From the IMG/VR virus record IMGVR_UViG_3300020469_002640, positions 24,500 to 88,499 of that record: DNA of 64,000 nt; one strand, 5' to 3'. Positions 11,301 through 17,964 of this stretch are shown here, piece by piece. The stretch comes from a virus. How positions within the stretch are numbered: the stretch's first letter is position 1; each line of letters opens with the position of its first letter. A program made the position numbers and the translations under genes. Under the pieces are notes generated by a model, which was given only the letters and a program-made list of their open reading frames with translations, made no database searches and had not been told where the DNA came from.

Positions 11301-11798
11301 CCAATAAACTATAAGATCTTCGTTTGCATTAATTTTATACGTTCCTGTTATAGGATATGACGCATCAAATTTTAAATTAATATCTACAGGAACTCCTGCT
11401 GCGTTTATAAACCCATTTTCCATTACTGCTCCCCATTCCGCATCACTTTCGTCACCATAAGGAAGATTTAAAAGCGTTGTATATTGATTATTACTACGAA
11501 TAATTCCTATTTCAGATCTAGCATAATGAGCGCTTTGAGTAATCTCTTCAGTTTCAGGATTTATAAAAGTATATCTATTTACAGAAAATACAATAATTTC
11601 ATCATTAGTAGTTTCTATAGTTCCAATAACTTTGTATCCAGGCAGCTTTCCTATATTAGGTCCTTCTTGAGTACCTTTTTCATTACTAACAGCACCATCA
11701 ACGTTATTAATAATTGCATTTCTTGCATACCGCCACGTTCCTTCAGGTTGATCTGAAGGATGCGTATCTCTATGCATTCCTTTTGTAAGTCTACCCAT
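5385..11798 (-). CDS. Tail stabilisation/muzzle protein (P22 gp10-like, crAss-type), enlarged
   Basis: 2137 aa. N-terminus KGMHRD..PSDQPEGTWRYARN, plus VYWTDNLNPPR, YMRGEVYAFYI and WTISFYP...WGSFHDYLP motifs typical of crAss stabilisation proteins. Synteny after the ring gene. Confidence 0.85.
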   Translation of the reverse strand: MGRLTKGMHRDTHPSDQPEGTWRYARNAIINNVDGAVSNEKGTQEGPNIGKLPGYKVIGTIETTNDEIIVFSVNRYTFINPETEEITQSAHYARSEIGIIRSNNQYTTLLNLPYGDESDAEWGAVMENGFINAAGVPVDINLKFDASYPITGTYKINANEDLIVYWTDNLNPPRTLNVSRQDRLGNPGLIYANKWIDTTNKNYVDQLNLFTHSGPVPNINLHSVTSGGALVTGTYQLALAYVDVDLTVTNFVVVDNPVPIVEDVESVTPIERYDGAAAGSQSGKSIKWRVNNINDCYKFIRPVVIQSIEDQRFAFQLHDIEVSFNNLNPAIIGQDGMEQWDKHIDISFSGTEGYISTSVEDVIIDEVSYDTVKTMTQLDDVLYLGNLTGTKDIGFQPYAADIKLTATVKEISNFDPYSLITDNIENGFIEVEPLEADKSNGYRDPWNCYKRRGYMRGEVYAFYIAFILNDGSMSYAYHIPGREAILDEKYDLDTSATDLQGADAAEIMKLGNVKNFHVKSYSQEPNSNNMNYWENETEFYPSTPAFAHPAYKDENGKPARVRHHHFPKNSHNEFAAIKHTSTSSPSLADPDAPDIKWTFDDIAITDSDINSLGLTWIDENGDAIPTYMMAAMTAFHVDHMPTTIEVGTTYEIYWDMADWATGSGTYNGLVVSIQEDNDWILVSHESYYIDSGIPNWAGGGLADAIGSWFAEQFSSADYPNDSNVSNALGGSFDEGWMKVKNPDLPGYCHTITDGGVVSDTVRVLGFDLTDIKIPIEIARKVQGFRIYHAKRDHKNKRILGQGPVVPYFKKTGRLGGCPNDPAEGVSSSQPFWVKLPLEIGDHKNDERKTNVLSFYNFELLRTQDSISPATHISVQTITTHNVFLGPGVLHELDVDSACNFELIKSNFYISKSTSVLPSLVNYVIKERCKTYVEGNTVLTATAAGFGYRLYNRGGETHMAIGVTNEVGSLNIDDYNGIRTNKSDYKSVYLSNAATQVRTVNLEAFKTDVYNTIDSQNLVWTGFQIVGRDLYNFVDPAEAIEQELAVQLDNINGLVGGYSTAAVQQSTASTYFTEYSSAPNGQYNPEIHGWANPVHFEHGIFGGDIFLCRYGFRQTLSPRISTMDPRCRISAIMSIIETTDNVNFRHDEGKESVYVPGSSFKEVAIQDRDGKHYDPSTYYDLTSQPSIKYNIDYSKVNDTRPAFALPNLIAAPTVFTTRVQRSTKSDPGSLTDNFRHFLANDYKDMPKNRGELWNLAAFNNLLYIHMEDSLLLTKGKQTMTMKDGSEAFIGSGDIFSQDPDEFLQTEEGYGGTQSQYSTLITKYGYFFIDQRNNKIFMAGQKLVEISKLGMESWFQENLSSDKWNYRLPDSPILGVGFVSGWDERNQRILLTKRALLPTLEGKDFFEPYGRTRSRSNREGKIVYNPSEKIFELQVFPGVEKVENGDFGYGNELLPITDFSDATDFSSSQNTSADFYYEIAQDASSRALSSGTFQMDYGPDDPFFYLDKVSLEPYTDYILIITWKGAKGIRINLPGALGEDDIFHVVTNQSVYTTTGVNFKTGNRESYKLSIFGGKADRGDTLYVQSVSIKDVAFDAWAYDNTKWQIKDNKITHSGAGSNALRQELNTVSNRKIITQFTVSGMTTGSLKVHYGGEYVERVVSNGTYKIEKMWRTESQTLTFTAEENFDGSLNDISSSNKPEYSYKLYTSDRIIDTLDFTVKNEEDFINIEVPIDISVKLQSFKDSNVIQGRPDRSIPPLARTDEDDRPRQLWARVGWTISFYPEQNVWGSFHDYLPHLYTYKSGSGEFSGLCSFFNWEELPNPFWERTTHNYSLVEGASMLAGESGELVFLTDGWTGNGATGWNGVHNMHSWRLWSHNSVYTPGAFYLCAPRTENSLMYPINKILNVEAFTYPFEVEAVINSPKQRDVSKIFSNISYETEVFDRASDEYGVGNLRDVRYKRLDKDGFTSFFVYNSTQHSGKTEIAYLENVRKIAHKWQINKFRDKAALYTTHFQSASYSNPTNETFAMTPTAYAPAGVLTSGFPESNADTQLEWDSLTTTSQAVDWVGNQDVHDMFEATWQVNGAYGINTHNMYIDPAKPWNLQRKFADTYLGIRLTFNNLNQNFVNLYSFNAGMRKYIR

Positions 11799-12733
11799 TA
11801 CCCTCTATATAATGTTTCTCGTTCATTCATATTTTCAAAAAATGCTGCATGTCTATTTAAATTAGGAACCAGTCTAACCCACTGATTCATAAACGACTCA
11901 TACCTATCTATGTCTGGATAGTTAGCAGCGTTTCTAGCTTGAGTACAATATTGTTTCCATTTTTGGTCTGCAAAATTATAATCTATTTTGTTGCTAGGCT
12001 TGTTAAATCCTCCTAATAACATTTGTTTATATACATACCAAAACATAGCTTCTTTATAACTAACATCGTCTGGAATCAAAGGATAACAATCTTCGTCAGT
12101 TGGAAGCGCCATATAACTTAAACATACTTTACCTTCCATAAAAGATGTTTTAATATAATCTGCATCTACTATGTAAGAGTCTTCGCTTTGTGCAAATTCA
12201 TTTACACACTCATCGCAATGCATACTTTTATGGAACGTACCTGCACCATATTTTAAAGGCTCTAACCTTGCACCATTTCCAAAATAAATATTTTCAAGCA
12301 CTAGCATTCTACTTTGCAGCTCTCTAAGTTCTAACACATTAGATTTATACTGAGTATCAAATTGATTTAAATCTGCAGTAACTAGCGTAGAAGATGTTAA
12401 AGTTTCTAAATCTGCATTATATTCTCTAATATCATCTCTAAGACTTTTTATTTGAGTTACTAATGTGTCTAGCTCTGTGCTCTTTGCAGGGCTAACAGAT
12501 TCGTTAACTGCAACTTGATTTATATAATACAAATCTTCAGGCAGTAGGCATTTGTTATTTTTAATAGTTAACACAGTTTGTTTTTGAACAAGTTGTGTGG
12601 CTGCTCCAATATGTTCAAGAGCTTCTCCTATCCATTCTACAGCATCTGTTACCCAATCTGCATTATTAGGTTTAAGATCTCTCATAACCTTTCTAATTAC
12701 ACATTTGCATGATGTATTTTTATATACTGCCAT
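11798..12733 (-). CDS. Tail tubular/ring protein (P22 gp4-like)
   Basis: 311 aa with EWIGEALEHIG, YIKTSF..GKVCLSY and PLIPDD..YKEA motifs. Immediately upstream of the muzzle gene. Confidence 0.8.
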   Translation of the reverse strand: MAVYKNTSCKCVIRKVMRDLKPNNADWVTDAVEWIGEALEHIGAATQLVQKQTVLTIKNNKCLLPEDLYYINQVAVNESVSPAKSTELDTLVTQIKSLRDDIREYNADLETLTSSTLVTADLNQFDTQYKSNVLELRELQSRMLVLENIYFGNGARLEPLKYGAGTFHKSMHCDECVNEFAQSEDSYIVDADYIKTSFMEGKVCLSYMALPTDEDCYPLIPDDVSYKEAMFWYVYKQMLLGGFNKPSNKIDYNFADQKWKQYCTQARNAANYPDIDRYESFMNQWVRLVPNLNRHAAFFENMNERETLYRG

Positions 12734-12744
12734 TGTATTGTATT

Positions 12745-12915
12745 TTATAAATTATCTAAGTTAGGAGTAGCAGGCTCTAAAAACCCACCATCCATTTTTT
12801 TCTTTTTAACAGGTTTACAAATATCTTTCTTATTTTTAGAATCGTATCCTGCATAGTAATACCCTTTCCAGCAAGCTTTGCCGTCAGAGCCTTTCTTTTT
12901 ACCTTTTCTAGCCAT
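12745..12915 (-). CDS. Small basic protein (56 aa) with CWKGY motif and C-terminal GGFLEPA tail
   Basis: Below the ORF-track length cutoff. Translates MARKGKKKGSDGKACWKGYYYAGYDSKNKKDICKPVKKKKMDGGFLEPATPNLDNL*, fills the gap between genes and shares its tail with the upstream ORF. Confidence 0.8.
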   Translation of the reverse strand: MARKGKKKGSDGKACWKGYYYAGYDSKNKKDICKPVKKKKMDGGFLEPATPNLDNL

Positions 12916-12916
12916 G

Positions 12917-13162
12917 TTAATCTATTCTTTCAATTGCTGGTTCTAAAAACCCGCCTGTTTGGTATCTCATTGGAGAAGCCATTTTTTTCTTCTTTTTCTT
13001 TTTTGTAGCCATTCCGCCTTTCTTTTTATTATTCTTTTTAGCTCCTGCAATTCTATCAGCAGCTGTAGGATTAGGATTATTATCTATTCCTGCTTCTACA
13101 CTAAGCATTCCAAATTTAGAACCACCTTTTTTATAACTTTTCATTTTTTTCATGTAACCCAT
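12917..13162 (-). CDS. Small Lys-rich protein (81 aa) with xxGG repeats, putative internal virion/DNA-condensing peptide
   Basis: YKKGG, KKGGM, YQTGGFLEPAIERID and a poly-Lys tract. Confidence 0.7.
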   Translation of the reverse strand: MGYMKKMKSYKKGGSKFGMLSVEAGIDNNPNPTAADRIAGAKKNNKKKGGMATKKKKKKKMASPMRYQTGGFLEPAIERID

Positions 13163-13164
13163 AA

Positions 13165-13638
13165 TTATTCTTTTTTAAATTTTAAATATGCTAAGTCGTC
13201 TGTTTTTAACAGATTAATTAGTTTTTCTTTATTACCTTTAATACCTCTTGTTGCATCAAACCTATATACAGATTTATTAGGAATTCTACATTTACCCTTA
13301 CGCCAATAAAATTTACAATAATAGCCGTCAGTATAGTATATATGCCACTTAATACCTTGTTCTGTTTCCGCATTGTATAATTCTTTACCTTCTTCTAGTA
13401 ATTCTTTTTTATATTTATTAGACTCTCCCCAATCTACTCTAGGATTGCGAGGGTCTCTTTCTTTTCTAACTATAGATAATGTAGATAAATTATTTCCCAT
13501 ATCAAAAGTATTTCCATTTAAAATATCTTTTATAATTTCTATGTTAAATTCTTCACACACATCTCTAAAAAGTTTTTTATCAACAAACTCAACAGCATGT
13601 ACATATTCTTTATATATATCTTGTAAAGTATACGACAT
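13165..13638 (-). CDS. IHF/HU-like protein of the crAss tail module
   Basis: 157 aa with helical N-terminus, then F-D-M-G...L-S-I-V-R-K, VDWG.S and YCKFYWRK. Located between ring genes as in crAss-like phages. Confidence 0.65.
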   Translation of the reverse strand: MSYTLQDIYKEYVHAVEFVDKKLFRDVCEEFNIEIIKDILNGNTFDMGNNLSTLSIVRKERDPRNPRVDWGESNKYKKELLEEGKELYNAETEQGIKWHIYYTDGYYCKFYWRKGKCRIPNKSVYRFDATRGIKGNKEKLINLLKTDDLAYLKFKKE

Positions 13639-14345
13639 TAACTACGTTGTTTTTTTGACGATTTTTTAGCTGGCTTAACTGGAGGCGGATCTTGTGCATT
13701 ATCATTTGTAGTATCTGACATTGTTCCAGCTAACAACTGAAGTTCCGTACTAGCAATACCTTGTGTTATCATTTGTATCATATCCATAGGAATAGGAAAA
13801 TCTGAATGCACATCATAACACATTGTTCCATCACAGTCAAAACCTTCTAATGCTTCTGGATCTTCAAATATACCTCTAATGTTAGCATACTGCATTCCAT
13901 TTGCATTATATATATACATATAATCTTCAATCATATATGCTCTTTTAGCATTTTTTGCATACTTATCATAAGGCAGCCACTGTACTGTTATAGGATCTAC
14001 AATAGGAATAGTTTCTAAACCTGTTACATCAGATACATGCGTAATAGCGTCTCTAAAATTTAACCTAACTGTTTTAGGTATTTTAACTTGAGATTTGTAT
14101 ACATCACAATTTACAGGAAGTTTGCAACACTTTGAAGCATCTACCTTTTTAAATTCAATACACTTAAGATCTTGCTCAAGGTGTCTTGTAATGTTACCAT
14201 TTTTAGCAAAGTCTCTTCTAATAAACATTGCTCTGTAATACTTAATATTAAATTTTAGCTGAGCTATAGAAATATTTTCTCCAGTATTAGATCTACCTCC
14301 TCTAACTAAATTTAAAATGTTGTACGCTATTTCGTCTAGTGTCAT
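13638..14345 (-). CDS. Tail ring/structural protein
   Basis: 235 aa, MTLDEIAYNIL...RAMFIRRD...IRGIFEDP...DFPIP, a crAss ring-protein pattern. Confidence 0.7.
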   Translation of the reverse strand: MTLDEIAYNILNLVRGGRSNTGENISIAQLKFNIKYYRAMFIRRDFAKNGNITRHLEQDLKCIEFKKVDASKCCKLPVNCDVYKSQVKIPKTVRLNFRDAITHVSDVTGLETIPIVDPITVQWLPYDKYAKNAKRAYMIEDYMYIYNANGMQYANIRGIFEDPEALEGFDCDGTMCYDVHSDFPIPMDMIQMITQGIASTELQLLAGTMSDTTNDNAQDPPPVKPAKKSSKKQRS

Positions 14346-14350
14346 GTTTC

Positions 14351-15523
14351 TTACACGTTAGTTTGTAAATATCCTTCGTATCCGCGTTGCTTGTTCCATA
14401 TATGTGCTTGTCCTGTTCTTTTAGCTTCGTACCCCATTGCTTTATGCCAATCGTCATTTTTGCATATTGAAGGTATAAATCTAACTTTGATTCCTCTATA
14501 TTCGTTTACCATTTCTTTGTGTAGATGCCCGCAATGAGCTTCTCTAGACGTAGTTCTAGCAAACATTTCTGGTTGTTCAGTTGCCATTATAAGCGGCATA
14601 TCTGCAGCTTTAACTTTATCTCCGTGAGTAAATAAAATCATATTAGTTCCATATTCATAATACTTACGATGATCGTGTGAGTTGTTTATATTAACTCTAT
14701 CATCATTTATAAAATATGCATCTAAATACTCTCCTGAATAAAACATTCTTTCATAGTCATGATTACCCTGTATTACAACTACATCTACATCTGCGTATTG
14801 TGCTAAATAATCAATTGCTTTTACCATTAATCCGCAATATCCTACAAATGTTTCTCTCCAATCTGCTGAGTCAAACTGCGGTGTACCTTTAGTTGTAGCT
14901 CTAGTTAGCCCTTCAGAATTCATACCATCGTTACCAATAGGTAATATTATTTTTTCTATATCTAAACCTATAGCCTTTTTCATAAGGTCTTCTATAACAT
15001 CCATGTACTCATCTTCAGCTTCTTCTAAACTTTGTCCTGTATATTTACCATAATGAATGTCAGGTAAAGATACTTCGTAAGCAACAGCATCTGGTTTTTC
15101 AGGTGTGCACTTTTTACATTTTTTAGATCTGCCTTCTTTTACTGGGCTGTTTTCTTCTAGCATTTGTATAATAGAATCTTTAAGTCCAGTTAATAAATTA
15201 TCTTCACTTTTAACTACTACTGAAAACCTAGACTCTCCTCCCATATTTTGCCAGTACTTTACTGACTTAATATCTTTTTTGCTAATACTGTTATCTTTAA
15301 GAAACGCATCAAACTCAGTTACTTCATGCGCATCAATATTGTTAACATTTATATTAGCTAGTTGTGAAGTTTCAAAACCCTCCATAAGCTCTATACGAGC
15401 TTCTCTAAGAGCTTCTTTACAAACTTCCGGACTAGCTTCTAGTTTATCAGCTAAACGCTTAGATCCCTCTTTTAAATAGCCTGGTCTTTTAATTAAAAAT
15501 TCTTTAATTTCGTTTTTGGTCAT
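14351..15523 (-). CDS. Calcineurin-like metallophosphoesterase with N-terminal helical/HTH region
   Basis: DIHYG, GND, GNHD, THGD and GHLH metal-binding motifs occur in the canonical order. Confidence 0.85.
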   Translation of the reverse strand: MTKNEIKEFLIKRPGYLKEGSKRLADKLEASPEVCKEALREARIELMEGFETSQLANINVNNIDAHEVTEFDAFLKDNSISKKDIKSVKYWQNMGGESRFSVVVKSEDNLLTGLKDSIIQMLEENSPVKEGRSKKCKKCTPEKPDAVAYEVSLPDIHYGKYTGQSLEEAEDEYMDVIEDLMKKAIGLDIEKIILPIGNDGMNSEGLTRATTKGTPQFDSADWRETFVGYCGLMVKAIDYLAQYADVDVVVIQGNHDYERMFYSGEYLDAYFINDDRVNINNSHDHRKYYEYGTNMILFTHGDKVKAADMPLIMATEQPEMFARTTSREAHCGHLHKEMVNEYRGIKVRFIPSICKNDDWHKAMGYEAKRTGQAHIWNKQRGYEGYLQTNV

Positions 15524-15906
15524 TTCTTTCTAATTTTTTCTATAGATCTTCCAGCAAAGTAAGCTCCATAGACAGTTATTAATAAAGTTTGGTATATTGG
15601 TATATATGCAGGAGCAATACTGAATCCTCCTGCGTTTCCGTCAAATATAGATATAACTACAAACATAGCTGTAAGAAATATACATATTAATGGTCTAATG
15701 TTTTTTGACAACCAGTTATCGGACTTCATGTCTGCTTCCCAACGTCGTGTCACTTGTTCCTGCGCTTGCGACTCAGCTTGCATAAGAACTTCTTCCATCT
15801 TACGCTTTGCTTCTAGTCTTTCTTCTTCAGTAGTTGTTAGGCTATCTATTACCCCTCCTACTTTTTCTATGACGTTTCCGCCTAATATTTTTAATAACTT
15901 ACTCAT
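15520..15906 (-). CDS. Holin (3TM/GTA-holin-like)
   Basis: 128 aa. RWEADM.SD.WLSKNIRP followed by two hydrophobic helices and YGAYFAGRSIEK. Confidence 0.8.
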   Translation of the reverse strand: MSKLLKILGGNVIEKVGGVIDSLTTTEEERLEAKRKMEEVLMQAESQAQEQVTRRWEADMKSDNWLSKNIRPLICIFLTAMFVVISIFDGNAGGFSIAPAYIPIYQTLLITVYGAYFAGRSIEKIRKK

Positions 15907-16288
15907 AATTTAAAATTAAGTCTAATGTTTTAGTTTCATCTCCTGTAACTTTAATATAAACATCAAATGTAGATTTATATTCAAAATTTTCTAAACCTTC
16001 TAACACATTATAAGATGTCCCTGAAGGAATAGTAATTCCTTTTAAAACATAATAAATTTCACTGTGATCTACATTTTCTATAGGCTTATCATCTACGTCT
16101 CTTTTTGTAACTACGCGAAGTTCTTTTTTTAAATAAATATCTACATCTACAGAATTAGAACAAGTATTAGACAGTAAAAATAAGTTTATAGTACGATTAG
16201 GTACTTTTATACTTGCACGTTTAGATAATAGTTTATAATCAACAGCCCCTGTTGCATCTCCTGCTATATGTCTATAAATACTTCCCAT
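15899..16288 (-). CDS. Hypothetical beta-rich virion protein
   Basis: 129 aa ORF coupled to its neighbours in the tail module. Confidence 0.55.
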   Translation of the reverse strand: MGSIYRHIAGDATGAVDYKLLSKRASIKVPNRTINLFLLSNTCSNSVDVDIYLKKELRVVTKRDVDDKPIENVDHSEIYYVLKGITIPSGTSYNVLEGLENFEYKSTFDVYIKVTGDETKTLDLILNYE

Positions 16289-17964
16289 TATTCAGTTTCT
16301 ATTATTTGTACTGCATCTACTGCTAAGTCTGCTCTATAACTTGTACCATTTTGACTTACAAAATATATATAATAATCTGCACCATTTCTATAGCTATTTA
16401 AGCTAATTGTTTTTTCTTGCCATACGCTACTATTACTTGTAAATCCAGACCAGTGTCTATTAGTGCTCGCATCTCCTGTATGTAAGTATTGTGCTAATTC
16501 TGTAGCATTACTATGATTTGCTGTAGCAGCTGTATGTATGTATACAAATAAATCTCCCATATTTGTACCATATCCATGTGCCCAAAATTTTAAATTTAAA
16601 TCATTAGTAGCGTCAATCATATTATTACTATTAAATGCAGGCATTCTTGCTACAAAACAATATGCATGTCTACCACCTGTAACTTCAGTATACATGTATT
16701 TGTCTAGGTTAGTAGTTGTATAGTGGCCCCCATTTGAAATATTTACTCCTCCAGTAGGCCCTGTTCCACTTGATCCTGTACCATCTTGTCCTAAATTCCA
16801 ACCTTTAACAGTTTTGTTAGATGTTCTAGCCCAATATGTACCGTCTGTGGCACTTGTTCCATTTACCCATCCATTGCTAGGAGACCAACTTGAAGTATAA
16901 CCTTCTTGCGTACTCTCCCCTTCAAACTGATATGTTGCTGTATGTAAAGGGTATATTACTGCTCCAAACAATGCGCCACTCGTTAGTACTCCATTATTTG
17001 AATTACTCGATGAATCAAATACAGTAGTACCAGAGTTTTCTTCAAACTTCCAATAGCCAACTAAATTAGAACTGTTGTCATAATTACCACTGTCAGCTAA
17101 TAAGTTCATTGGTTGCCCACTATTATATACAGCAGCTATAGCATCCGCATCTAAATCAGTATCCCATATTGCACAATCATTCATAACACCATCTAAAAAT
17201 TGACTGTATGTATGACTTGTAGCGTGAGATCTAATACCAAAATATATATGCGTCATTGTAGCAGTCATAGTTGAAAAACTTTGAGCTACTCCTCTTGCAT
17301 TATGTGCAGGACTACTGCTCTGACCTTCTTGTCTTAGAACTCCGTCTAAATACAATTTCATTTTACCATTGTAGTCTGTACTTTGATAAGTAAATGTTTC
17401 ACTTGTATCCCAAGTAGCTGCTATGTGATGCCATTGTCCATCTGTAAACCATCCCGCCTGCGCACCACTAAATTCTGTGTCAGAAGCAGCAGTTCCGTAA
17501 TCTGTATATATTCTACTATAAGGTATGCCATGATCTGTTGGAGAATCATTTTTAGCATTGCAAATAGAAGTAATTTTAGACCCGCTAGCATCAGTAGTGT
17601 AATCTATTCTTACAGGCCAAGCTCGTCCTACTGCATGCACTACAGGCATTAAAATTGTAATAACATTATCAGTAGTGCCTGTGTCTGCATAATTATTTAT
17701 TGAAAGAAAGTAGATAGCTTTAGCATTAGATTCTGAATCATCTAGCTTAACCCAAAAAGAAATAGTACCTCTTGTTTTATTTATTGGGTCTGAAGATAAT
17801 GTAACATCTACGTAATCATTTGTACCATCAAGTGTTACACCGTAAGCATCTGTATAGCTTTCAATAGTTTGACCAGACATATTAGCAATAGTAGATTTAG
17901 CCTGGCTATCTACCTTGGCTATATCAGCTATTGCTTTATCGTCTATTTTACTTATTGTCCCCAT
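16288..17964 (-). CDS. Virion lectin-like protein: LamG/concanavalin-A domain plus MAM-like domain
   Basis: LDGTNDYV...TISFWVK...WHHIAATWD...KLYLDG...G.MNDCAIWD..L...LVGYWKFEE (LamG), then GTGSSGTGP...YMYTE...FWAHGYG.NMG.L.V...ADLAVDAVQI (MAM-like). Confidence 0.8.
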   Translation of the reverse strand: MGTISKIDDKAIADIAKVDSQAKSTIANMSGQTIESYTDAYGVTLDGTNDYVDVTLSSDPINKTRGTISFWVKLDDSESNAKAIYFLSINNYADTGTTDNVITILMPVVHAVGRAWPVRIDYTTDASGSKITSICNAKNDSPTDHGIPYSRIYTDYGTAASDTEFSGAQAGWFTDGQWHHIAATWDTSETFTYQSTDYNGKMKLYLDGVLRQEGQSSSPAHNARGVAQSFSTMTATMTHIYFGIRSHATSHTYSQFLDGVMNDCAIWDTDLDADAIAAVYNSGQPMNLLADSGNYDNSSNLVGYWKFEENSGTTVFDSSSNSNNGVLTSGALFGAVIYPLHTATYQFEGESTQEGYTSSWSPSNGWVNGTSATDGTYWARTSNKTVKGWNLGQDGTGSSGTGPTGGVNISNGGHYTTTNLDKYMYTEVTGGRHAYCFVARMPAFNSNNMIDATNDLNLKFWAHGYGTNMGDLFVYIHTAATANHSNATELAQYLHTGDASTNRHWSGFTSNSSVWQEKTISLNSYRNGADYYIYFVSQNGTSYRADLAVDAVQIIETE

